Source of the DNA: Prochloron sp.
GTDB lineage: Bacteria; Cyanobacteriota; Cyanobacteriia; Cyanobacteriales; Prochloraceae
Length of the DNA stretch: 64,000 bases
Assembly (NCBI GenBank): GCA_965198675.1
Contig: OZ240666.1
Location: forward strand, 146,806-210,805
Reading direction: 5' to 3'
The notes beneath the pieces are model-generated. The model saw nothing but the letters and a program-made list of their open reading frames with translations, was not told where the DNA came from and did not search any database. Numbering within the stretch: the first letter of the stretch is position 1; each line of letters begins with the position of its first letter. This document shows positions 11,630-19,575 of this stretch, piece after piece. The position numbers and the translations under genes are program-made.

Positions 11630-11829
11630 GTAGGGTGGGCAAGGTAGACGAAAACTTATAATTCATGGTTGGGGAATTAATTGAAGACCTTGCCCACCAG
11701 CAAAGTGTATGGGACATTTTAATTATATCTTCATAGTACAGTCCAGTCCACGACGGTGGACTTCCTATATTAGCACGCAATTTATTAGCGTGCGGGATAG
11801 ATAGCCAGGTGAACAATGCTAATATTATA
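11630..11829 (+). repeat. Structured dispersed repeat, copy A (GTAGGGTGGGCAAGG head; hairpins GTCCAC..GTGGAC and GCACGC..GCGTGC)
   Basis: About 90 percent identical by eye to 13331..13492 in the same orientation. Its head is related to 45328..45370 and its tail to 39390..39425. Confidence 0.7.
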
Positions 11830-12133
11830 CTATGGATAACTTGTGTTTCACGGAGATATCTCGATTATGAGCTTCTGATTGCTGAGCAGAGAATAAGTCC
11901 CAGCGACGCTGTAGGTTCATCCAGAAATCAGGAGAAGTGCCGAAAAACTTGGCTAATTTCAACGCGGTGCTTGGTGTGATTCCTCGTAAACCTATGATTA
12001 ACTCGTTGACCTGTTCATCGGGAAGGTGGATAGCATCAGCAAGTTCTTCTCGGGTCAAATTCATCGGGTTCAGAAATTCATCCAGAAGCATTTCTCCTGG
12101 ATGAGTTGGTGCTCGGTGGGTTGGTACTCTCAT
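11825..12133 (-). CDS. higA: HigA-family antitoxin (HTH)
   Basis: MRVPTHRAPTHPGEMLLDEFLNPMNLTREELADAIHLP...ITPSTALKLAKFFGTSPDFWMNLQ is the typical HigA/VapI HTH antidote sequence. It lies immediately downstream of a HigB-like ORF. Confidence 0.75.
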   Translation of the reverse strand: MRVPTHRAPTHPGEMLLDEFLNPMNLTREELADAIHLPDEQVNELIIGLRGITPSTALKLAKFFGTSPDFWMNLQRRWDLFSAQQSEAHNRDISVKHKLSIV

Positions 12134-12150
12134 TTGCTATTTCCTCAGAG

Positions 12151-12412
12151 TCAGTGGTAATTTAGAATTTCAACCTCATCTGTTCCTCCGTCATTCCAGG
12201 TAAAACAGATGCGGTACTGATCATTTATCCGGATGCTGAACTGCCCAGCGCGGCGGAATGCGAAGTTCATCCAAGGACATGACAGAATCCAGTTGATCTA
12301 GCTTTCGAGCCGCCCGCCCCCACAGATAGGTCGGACATATCCTCCGTGCTGCTTTGGAATCTCTGCCGTTGAAGATATCTTCAGTCCCGGAGTTTTTGAA
12401 TGCTCGAATCAT
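12151..12412 (-). pseudogene. higB: HigB-family toxin (plasmid maintenance system killer), frameshifted
   Basis: The N-terminal part MIRAFKNSGTEDIFNGRDSKAARR...LRIPP stops at 12221. The conserved C-terminus AGQFSIRINDQYRICFTWNDGGTDEVEILNYH* is readable in another frame down to 12151. The segment that normally joins them (GNRLE.LKGDR-like) is missing. Confidence 0.7.
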
Positions 12413-12991
12413 GTTTTCATGATATCATGGAAGTCTTAGTGACGCACCCACAGCCATCCTTCGGGTAGGCAGTGGGCAACGAGCGTCGCCCTTCGGGCGA
12501 GGAGAACTTCATTCGAGGTACTCGGAACTTTCCCCCGACTGCGTTTTATAGTGAGGTATGCGTCCCGCCCCACTTTCAATTCATTGTATCGTAGTTTTGA
12601 AAATCCGTCAATGAATTTTGATATCCGGCGCGGCATCTCCCCTTGGGGGGAGTAGAGGGGGGTTCCTCACACGCCAAAACTCGCGCCCACCGAGTAGGCG
12701 CAAAGGGACGCAATTACACCCCGACTGCGGTATAGCACCGTCTCCTTCCCATCATAAAGGCGTACTTTGCGTCTTTGCGTGACCAAATCAAAGATTATGG
12801 CGTGCGGCTCCTGCCGCCTTAGCTAAAAGGTCTTGTTTGAAGCAGCGCGCCGCCTTGCTGTTCCGTTCCGGATTAATTTTGAGTCTAGTCACCAAGTTGA
12901 GAAAGAAATTGGCAAAGTCGTGATATAGTTTCAATTTCATTCGAGGGTAATTTTTTCGTGAGAGAATAGACGAATAACTAGATAAACTCCA

Positions 12992-13105
12992 TGCTAAGAA
13001 AAATTCGAGCATTGAAAGCCCAAATTGCCCTTTTAGGGTTTGTTTATTTACCTAAGCGGGGAAAAGGTAGTCATGAACGTTGCAGGATTAATGAGTCTAT
13101 ATAGC
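12992..13105 (+). pseudogene. Possible truncated HicA-like toxin
   Basis: 37-codon ORF MLRKIRALKAQIALLGFVYLPKRGKGSHERCRINESI*. The LLGF....GKGSH core resembles HicA but the protein is about half normal length. It overlaps the start of a HicB-like gene. Confidence 0.3.
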
Positions 13106-13309
13106 ATGATAGTTGAATGGTCAGATGAAGACCAGCTTTTTTTAGTTACTATACCAGAATTCTGCGATCGCGTTATTATGCCTTGTACTCATGGCCAAAC
13201 TCGCTCAGAAGCTATTCGTCATGGTGAGGAAGTCATCGCAATGTATTTGGAAGCTTGGCAGACAGAAGGAGAATCTATCCCTAAACCTAGCACATTCCAA
13301 GCTGCTTGA
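13091..13309 (+). CDS. HicB-family antitoxin (UPF0150-like)
   Basis: MSLYSMIVEWSDEDQLFLVTIPEF...CTHGQTRSEAIRHGEEVIAMYLEAWQTEGESIPKP matches the HicB N-terminal fold pattern. The start is uncertain (13073 or 13091). Confidence 0.6.
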   Translation: MSLYSMIVEWSDEDQLFLVTIPEFCDRVIMPCTHGQTRSEAIRHGEEVIAMYLEAWQTEGESIPKPSTFQAA

Positions 13310-13330
13310 TTGTGTTGTTGACTCTCCCCG

Positions 13331-13492
13331 CTTATCATATAATTCATGGTTGGGTAATTAATTGAATACCTTGCCCACCAGCAAAGTGTACGGGACATTT
13401 TAAGTACAGTCCACGACAGTGGACTTCCTATATTAGCACGCAATTTATTAGCGTGCGGGATAGATAGCCAGGTGGGCAATGCTAATATTATA
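13331..13492 (+). repeat. Structured dispersed repeat, copy B
   Basis: Direct repeat of 11655..11829 with small indels. Confidence 0.7.
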
Positions 13493-13500
13493 GTAAGAAT

Positions 13501-13830
13501 TTACTCTAGAGGACGCTCACTGGCAATGCGGATGGCGATCGCATTCAACAATTCGCTCAAAGTCTCTGTAGGTAAGTCTTTCACTTTATCGGCAACTTCG
13601 TCAATAGTGCCGTTAAGCTGCACCGCAAAACCGTTATTTATCATATTGGAACCTCCCACAATAATAGTCAGCCCGGGGGATTTCTCTATAAGATGTTGCG
13701 CTATCTGCAATCGATCATCTAAGGGGAGAGTATCGATACGCTTTTTCAATTCTTCAAGATTCATTAGATTAGAGGAAATAGGTACAGTAGTCAGATAAGC
13801 CAATTTATTGGTTGTGATAACTTCAGACAC
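13501..13830 (-). CDS. Hypothetical protein, downstream partner of an XRE regulator
   Basis: 109-aa ORF starting 9 nt downstream of the HTH gene stop codon on the same strand. No family recognised. Confidence 0.4.
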   Translation of the reverse strand: MSEVITTNKLAYLTTVPISSNLMNLEELKKRIDTLPLDDRLQIAQHLIEKSPGLTIIVGGSNMINNGFAVQLNGTIDEVADKVKDLPTETLSELLNAIAIRIASERPLE

Positions 13831-13839
13831 AATACTTAG

Positions 13840-14196
13840 CTAAACGACTGTTAACAAGTGTTTTATCTCATGAGTACTGTCCGTCTCATTAGGCAGTTGC
13901 GTCCTTTTTAAAGCATTCGCCACCATTTTAAGCAGAATTGCCATTTGTTGCGAGGAGAGTTCATATGGCAAAAAACCCCTAACTCCTAACAATTCACAAG
14001 CCCAAATTTCAATAAATCCGGGTCTCAACTGTTCCGCGATTTCTAGCAGACCGGCAAAATCTTCAATATTAGGACGTACCTTGCCATTGCGGATATCTGA
14101 GATGTTAGACCGGGATCGCCCTGTTGCTTTGGCCAGGATTGAGGGGCGCAAACCAACTTCGTCCATAACTTTCTTGAAACTGTCAGCAAAATCCAT
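13840..14196 (-). CDS. XRE-family helix-turn-helix protein
   Basis: LRPSILAKATGRSRSNISDIRNGKVRPNIEDF is a Cro/C1-type HTH. Confidence 0.65.
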   Translation of the reverse strand: MDFADSFKKVMDEVGLRPSILAKATGRSRSNISDIRNGKVRPNIEDFAGLLEIAEQLRPGFIEIWACELLGVRGFLPYELSSQQMAILLKMVANALKRTQLPNETDSTHEIKHLLTVV

Positions 14197-14210
14197 TTTT
14201 ATCAGAAAAG

Positions 14211-14259
14211 TTAGCTCAATGGGCTTATAATTATAGATGTAATTTAGCTATTGAGCTAA
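14211..14259. promoter_or_regulatory. Perfect 10-bp inverted repeat TTAGCTCAAT-N29-ATTGAGCTAA upstream of the XRE gene (candidate operator)
   Basis: The arms at 14211-14220 and 14250-14259 are exact reverse complements. They lie 15-63 nt upstream of the start at 14196 in an AT-rich region. Confidence 0.35.
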
Positions 14260-14408
14260 TTATATCACAATATTATCTCATTATGATACATCAGCATTAC
14301 GTCTAACGCTTTCTGCGGCAACCGCCAAAGCGTTTAGGACACCATATTTGAAAAGGAAATGGGATATAGGGAAAGAGAAATGTCCTAACCAGCCTGACGA
14401 CTGCTATA

Positions 14409-14673
14409 CTAGTATACTTCATCATGAGTACCAACCGTTTGCAGTAAAATAGCTTCAGTTCCCTTATGTTGTGCGAACTCAAAGATAATTCTTAAGTCGT
14501 ACCCTACGCTACAAGCCCAAGAACCTCCAAGCTCTCCTTTCAGCTAAAGCGGCAGGAGCCTCACAGAGTAATACCAAAGTTAGCTGCAAGTCTTGCGCTG
14601 CTCTAGGATTCTTCTTCACTAAACGCTTAGCTGCTCTGGCAAAAGCATTTGAGCGGATGAGGATACGTTTCAC
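14409..14673 (-). pseudogene. RelE/ParE (YafQ-like) toxin, frameshifted
   Basis: A GTG start overlaps the upstream stop (GTGA). The N-terminal part is VKRILIRSNAFARAAKRLVKKNPRAAQDLQLTLVLL. The C-terminal part LKGELGGSWACSVGYDLRIIFEFAQHKGTEAILLQTVGTHDEVY* is in another frame. Neither half is in the ORF track because both are shorter than 60 aa. Confidence 0.5.
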
Positions 14674-14915
14674 GACAGAATCTCTCCCATAAGTTCATCC
14701 ACTGATACTGGTGAGCATCGCCCCTCTGAAAAGTCTTGACGAGCTTCCCGAACCTCAGCAACTAATATTTGACGACTAAGTTGGGCTGTACGGCGATGCA
14801 AAATATTGAGCAAGGTTTCCTGCTCTTCTAAAGAGAGTTTATCAATCGCTTCTGTAGGATGCGTTACTCTTCTTAATTCTGTTTTGTTTCTACTACTAAC
14901 GATGGCTAACGCATC
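14670..14915 (-). pseudogene. Cognate antitoxin-like ORF with lost start
   Basis: The frame ...EAIDKLSLEEQETLLNILHRRTAQLSRQILVAEVREARQDFSEGRCSPVSVDELMGEILS* is open but has no ATG. Its 5' end is occupied by copies of the small GTAGGATGCGTTAGC repeat. Confidence 0.3.
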
Positions 14916-15004
14916 CTACGCTTCTCCAAAAAGCATTGTTGGCGTCATAAACTTAAATCCCTCCTATTACAATGTCTCTGGGGCATCCTGCTCATTGAGA
15001 GGTA

Positions 15005-15078
15005 TGGCTCAGGTCAGATTTGAACTGACGACCTTGGGCTTATGAGTCCCCTACTCTAACCAACTGAGCTACTGAGCC
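15005..15078 (-). tRNA. tRNA with CAU anticodon (elongator Met or Ile2)
   Basis: The reverse complement GGCTCAGTAGCTCAGTTGGTTAGAGTAGGGGACTCATAAGCCCAAGGTCGTCAGTTCAAATCTGACCTGAGCCA folds as a cloverleaf with a G1-C72 pair (not initiator-like). The anticodon stem has two non-Watson-Crick positions. Confidence 0.75.
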
Positions 15079-15202
15079 AATTGTTTTTGCCATTGATTCC
15101 ATGATACACAAAAAGAACCAAATGAGCAACAATTTTTTGAAATTAAATTTCAAGCCAAGACAGGGGGAGGGAGATCAACCCAAACCCCACCCCCGAACTG
15201 GA

Positions 15203-16552
15203 TTAACGACGCTTAGGTAAGAAAGCGATGGGATTTACCGCACCTCGTCCCTGGTGATGCAGCTCAAAATGGAGATGAGGACCGGTACTGTATCCCGTAC
15301 TGCCCATTTCCGAAATTTTTTGACCTTGCTGTACCTGTTGACCCTTGCTGACGAGAATCTTGCTATTGTGAGCATAGAGGGTCAGACTGCCATTGGGATG
15401 GCTTACTTTCACTAGGTTACCATAGCCGCCGTTATTCCAACCAGCACTAACCACTTCTCCGGGAGCAGCAGCGAAAATGGGCGTCCCAACAGGTGCAGCA
15501 ATATCAATACCTTTATGCATTCTTCCTCGACGGGGTCCGTAGCCAGAGGAGAGAACTCCCCGAGCTGGCCAATCAAAACCGTTAAATCGGGGAGGACTAT
15601 CGGGTAAATACTGTTCTGGAGAAGATAAGGGGGGCAGTTCCGGTGCTACTATTGCCCCTACAGGGAACTCCAAGTTGAGGTTGTAGGTTTCTACTTCCAC
15701 AGGATAAGTGGCCCAGGTTTCCGGTTCCAGGTTATCATTCTCCCTTGGTGCTTGAGCAACAGCGATCTGTTGGGAGGACTGCTGAGGCATTCTTTGGACA
15801 TCTGCCTTCAACTTTTCCACTGGTTCTGGTTCGGGCAAAAAATCCAGCTCCTGTTCTGCCGAGCTACTATCGGGAGTGGTTACCACGACAATCAATTCTT
15901 CTGGATCAGATTTTTGAGATGGTACTACAGGGAGGGTAATGCCTTCTATCAAACCTGTTTGAGAGGAATTGGTATTGGCAACTAAATGAGTACCAGGTAT
16001 TTTGAACTCTTGATCCACTTCAATCAAGTTGGGATCGGTGATCTTATTGGCTTGGATTAATTCTGCTAGAGAGACTCCATGACGGCGGGCAATGCTATTC
16101 AGGGTATCTCCTGGTTGGACGCGATAGACAGGATTCTGAGCAGGGGTTATGAGGATCGGTATTGCTGCGTAGTCTTGAATCTTTGAATCGGTTCTTGCTT
16201 CTGGGGCTAACTCATTAGCAGATTGTCCATTCCCTTTCAAGGAAGGAATTTTCAGGGTCTGTCCTGCTCTTATCTTGGTGCTGGGTTCAATGTTGTTGGC
16301 TATTGCGATGGCAGTTACGGACACTTCATATTGACGGGATACTGCCCAAAGGGTTTCCCCTCTCTTCACTTTGTGTTCTACTATAATGGTTTGGCCAACA
16401 GGATTCACTCTCTTGGTGAGCAATGGTGCTGTAGCCATTGCTGGCGATTGTTGGTTCAGGAGCAATATTCCGGCAGTTCCTATGGCCATGGTCAAGCTTA
16501 GGGCTATTTTTGCAGTTAGGGTTCTACCCATGGTTTCAGATTTCACAAACAA
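15203..16552 (-). CDS. LysM-domain M23 family metallopeptidase
   Basis: Signal-like N-terminus and two LysM repeats (HKVKRGETLWAVSRQY..., YRVQPGDTLNSIARRHGVS...). The C-terminal M23 motifs are HKGIDIAAPVGTPI and GSTGYSTGPHLHFE. The start may instead be 16546 or 16531. Confidence 0.85.
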   Translation of the reverse strand: MFVKSETMGRTLTAKIALSLTMAIGTAGILLLNQQSPAMATAPLLTKRVNPVGQTIIVEHKVKRGETLWAVSRQYEVSVTAIAIANNIEPSTKIRAGQTLKIPSLKGNGQSANELAPEARTDSKIQDYAAIPILITPAQNPVYRVQPGDTLNSIARRHGVSLAELIQANKITDPNLIEVDQEFKIPGTHLVANTNSSQTGLIEGITLPVVPSQKSDPEELIVVVTTPDSSSAEQELDFLPEPEPVEKLKADVQRMPQQSSQQIAVAQAPRENDNLEPETWATYPVEVETYNLNLEFPVGAIVAPELPPLSSPEQYLPDSPPRFNGFDWPARGVLSSGYGPRRGRMHKGIDIAAPVGTPIFAAAPGEVVSAGWNNGGYGNLVKVSHPNGSLTLYAHNSKILVSKGQQVQQGQKISEMGSTGYSTGPHLHFELHHQGRGAVNPIAFLPKRR

Positions 16553-16745
16553 CCTCCTAGCGTCTTAGTCTTGTTAGTAGCACAGTTTCTCTTTGGGGTA
16601 GTTGGCCACCGCCAAAGATGCATAGCTTAGATTATACTGGTTTTGACTAATTATGACAAATCTTTACATTTCCTTTTCTCTCTTCATGTCTTCTCTACTA
16701 GATTGATTGTGAAATTTCAAGCTTTTGTTACAAATCTTTAACTAA

Positions 16746-18122
16746 ATGCTCCTAACTATAACCACTACTCACCAACCAGCCACAGACTTAGGCTATTTGC
16801 TCCACAAGCACCCAGAGAGGTTTCAGTCCTTTGACCTCTCTTTTGGCAGGGCATTTGTTTTCTATCCAGAAGCAAGTCCTGAACGGTGTACTGCTGCTCT
16901 GATGCTAGACATGGACCCCATAAAGTTGGTCCGGAAGGAAGGGGCTACTATAGCACAATACGTCAATGACCGTCCCTATGTAGCTTCCTCTTTTCTGAGT
17001 GTGGCCATAGCCCAAGTTTTCAGTACTGCTTTAGCCGGACACTGTCATCATAAACCGGAACTGCCATCAACACCACTAAATTTAATCGCTAAACTGGCAG
17101 TATTACCCTGTAAGCAGGGGTCCGGTTTCCTTCGTCGTCTCTTTGAGCCATTAGGATACCAAATAACTGCAACGGGTCATCAAGAAGATGAAGCATTTCT
17201 CCAGTGGGGGAACAGTCCTTATTTTACCGTCCAACTGGAAGGATTGGTCACGTTACAGCAGTTACTAGAGCATCTTTATGTTCTGATTCCCGTTTTAGAT
17301 GCTCAAAAGCACTATTGGATCGGGGATGAGGAAGTGGAGAAATTGCTGCGTCGCGGGGAAAGTTGGTTGGGAAGTCATCCAGAACGGGAAAGGATCGCCC
17401 GTCGTTACCTCAAACAGCAAGGATATTTGGTGCGGAATGCTCTCACTCAGTTAACTGAGGAGACGATGGAAGAGGAAAAATTGGAACCCCCTCTCAGTCT
17501 CAACCAACAAAGACTGGAAACAGTTGTCGCTACTCTGAAGGAAGCAGGGGTTAGGAAAGTGCTGGACTTAGGTTGTGGGGAAGGGAAGCTGTTGCAGAAA
17601 CTGCTCCAAGAGGACAGTTTTACTAAGATAGTTGGGGTAGACGTATCTTGTCGCTGTTTGGAAATAGCTAAGAAACGTCTGAAACTAGACCGTTTACCAC
17701 CGTTACAGCAGGAACGGATTCAGTTATTACAGGGTTCCCTTACCTATGGTGATAAACGGTTCAAGGGTTACGATGGAGCAACGGTAGTGGAGGTGATAGA
17801 ACATTTAGATCCCTCACGACTCAGTGCCTTTGAAAAGGTTGTGTTTGCCCTTGCTCGACCAAAAACTATTGTTATTACTACCCCTAATCGGGAGTATAAT
17901 GTAAAATTGGAAAACTTACCTCGTAATTGTAACGGCGAGTCACAATCAGGGAAATTGCGTCATCCAGATCATCGTTTCGAGTGGACTCCCTCGGAGTTTC
18001 AAAGTTGGGCCAAATCTGTAGCTGAAAGGTTTGGCTATGAGGTGCAGTTTCAACCTATTGGGGAGTCTGACTCAGTTGTGGGGGCACCCACACAGATGGG
18101 GTTTTTCCTTTGTCAGGATTGA
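16746..18122 (+). CDS. hen1: 3'-terminal RNA ribose 2'-O-methyltransferase Hen1
   Basis: 458 aa. The N-terminal MLLTITTTHQPATDLGYLLHKHPERF is typical of bacterial Hen1. The C-terminal SAM methyltransferase carries VLDLGCGEGKLL and ATVVEVIEHLD. A Pnkp gene lies on the same strand downstream. Confidence 0.85.
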   Translation: MLLTITTTHQPATDLGYLLHKHPERFQSFDLSFGRAFVFYPEASPERCTAALMLDMDPIKLVRKEGATIAQYVNDRPYVASSFLSVAIAQVFSTALAGHCHHKPELPSTPLNLIAKLAVLPCKQGSGFLRRLFEPLGYQITATGHQEDEAFLQWGNSPYFTVQLEGLVTLQQLLEHLYVLIPVLDAQKHYWIGDEEVEKLLRRGESWLGSHPERERIARRYLKQQGYLVRNALTQLTEETMEEEKLEPPLSLNQQRLETVVATLKEAGVRKVLDLGCGEGKLLQKLLQEDSFTKIVGVDVSCRCLEIAKKRLKLDRLPPLQQERIQLLQGSLTYGDKRFKGYDGATVVEVIEHLDPSRLSAFEKVVFALARPKTIVITTPNREYNVKLENLPRNCNGESQSGKLRHPDHRFEWTPSEFQSWAKSVAERFGYEVQFQPIGESDSVVGAPTQMGFFLCQD

Positions 18123-18180
18123 AACACAATTTTGATTAAACTATTGTACAATGTAATCAGAGTAAGATTGAGGAGAGACG

Positions 18181-18498
18181 ATGGCAGTAAAACGTTGGAA
18201 CGATGAAATGCTCGATGGGTTAGCTACAAGCGTGACGGAGATGCGGGAGAGTATGACGGAGATGCGGGAGAGTATGACGGAGATGCGAGGCAGCATGACG
18301 GAGATGCGGGAGAGCATTTCGGAGGTAAGGGATAGTGTAGATGGTTTAAGAGTGACCGTTCAAGCATTGTTACAAGTAGCGGCTCAACATGAACGAGAAA
18401 TAGAGTTAACCAAACAGAGACAAGCAGAAAATGATGAGAGGTTTAATGTTTTGCTGGAAGAAGTACGCTATTTGATTCGAGGTCATCAGGGAGATTAG
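18181..18498 (+). CDS. Small coiled-coil protein, tandem paralog 1 (4 x TEMRES heptads)
   Basis: 105 aa with a GAGGAG Shine-Dalgarno sequence before the ATG. It is the first of four head-to-tail units. Confidence 0.5.
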   Translation: MAVKRWNDEMLDGLATSVTEMRESMTEMRESMTEMRGSMTEMRESISEVRDSVDGLRVTVQALLQVAAQHEREIELTKQRQAENDERFNVLLEEVRYLIRGHQGD

Positions 18499-18568
18499 AA
18501 AATCCAGGGTAATAGCAATGGGCACGAGGGTATTTACAAAGTAATCAGAGTAGGATTGAGGAGAGACA

Positions 18569-18823
18569 ATAGCAGTAAAACGTTGGAACGATGAAATGCT
18601 CGATGAGTTAGCTTCAAGCGTGACGGAGATGCGCGAGAGCATTACGGAGGTAAGGGATAGTGTAGATGGTTTAAGAGTGACCGCTCAAGCATTGTTACAA
18701 GTAGCGGCTCAACATGAACGAGAAATAGAGTTAACCAAACAGAGACAAGCAGAAAACGATGAGAGGTTTAATGTTTTGCTGGAAGAAGTACGCTATTTGA
18801 TTCGAGGTCATCAGGGAGATTAG
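18569..18823 (+). pseudogene. Small coiled-coil protein, tandem paralog 2 (start codon ATG to ATA)
   Basis: The unit is homologous to the others, but the position of the ATG reads ATA (18569-18571). The ORF track starts only at the internal Met (18596). Confidence 0.45.
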
Positions 18824-18893
18824 AAAATCCAGGGTAATAGCAATGGGCACGAGGGTATTTACAAAGTAATCAGAGTAGGATTGAGGAGAGACA

Positions 18894-19169
18894 ATGGCAG
18901 TAAAACGTTGGAACGATGAAATGCTCGATGAGTTAGCTTCAAGCGTGACGGAGATGCGCGAGAGCATTACGGAGATGCGGGAGAGCATTACGGAGGTAAG
19001 GGATAGTGTAGATGGTTTAAGAGTGACCGCTCAAGCATTGTTACAAGTAGCGGCTCAACATGAACGAGAAATAGAGTTAACCAAACAGAGACAAGCAGAA
19101 AATGATGAGAGGTTTAATGTTTTGCTGGAAGAAGTACGCTATTTGATTCGAGGTCATCAGGGAGATTAG
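18894..19169 (+). CDS. Small coiled-coil protein, tandem paralog 3 (2 heptads)
   Basis: 91 aa, near-identical to paralogs 2 and 4 except for one extra 21-nt repeat. Confidence 0.5.
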   Translation: MAVKRWNDEMLDELASSVTEMRESITEMRESITEVRDSVDGLRVTAQALLQVAAQHEREIELTKQRQAENDERFNVLLEEVRYLIRGHQGD

Positions 19170-19239
19170 AAAATCCAGGGTAATAGCAATGGGCACGAGG
19201 GTATTTACAAAGTAATCAGAGTAGGATTGAGGAGAGACA

Positions 19240-19494
19240 ATGGCAGTAAAACGTTGGAACGATGAAATGCTCGATGAGTTAGCTTCAAGCGTGACGGAGA
19301 TGCGCGAGAGCATTACGGAGGTAAGGGATAGTGTAGATGGTTTAAGAGTGACCGCTCAAGCATTGTTACAAGTAGCGGCTCAACATGAACGAGAAATAGA
19401 GTTAACCAAACAGAGACAAGCAGAAAACGATGAGAGGTTTAATGTTTTGCTGGAAGAAGTACGCTATTTGATTCAAGGTCATCAGGGAGATTAG
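19240..19494 (+). CDS. Small coiled-coil protein, tandem paralog 4 (1 heptad)
   Basis: 84 aa. The unit spacing to paralog 3 is 346 nt. Confidence 0.5.
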   Translation: MAVKRWNDEMLDELASSVTEMRESITEVRDSVDGLRVTAQALLQVAAQHEREIELTKQRQAENDERFNVLLEEVRYLIQGHQGD

Positions 19495-19575
19495 AAAATC
19501 CCACTCTGAAGTTGCATTATCCTCCTCAAAAGGATAATGTGAAATTATAAAATTTATCACCGTTGAGAAATAACT

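Noticed and set aside
12436-13012. Minus-strand ORFs 12436..12636 and 12788..13012 between the hig and hic modules.
   Set aside because: No recognisable family or ribosome-binding site. The region is rich in small repeats (CCCCTTGGGGGG palindrome, CTTTGCG runs), and 12788..13012 overlaps the hicA-like frame on the other strand. It may be a remnant of something, but I cannot support a call.
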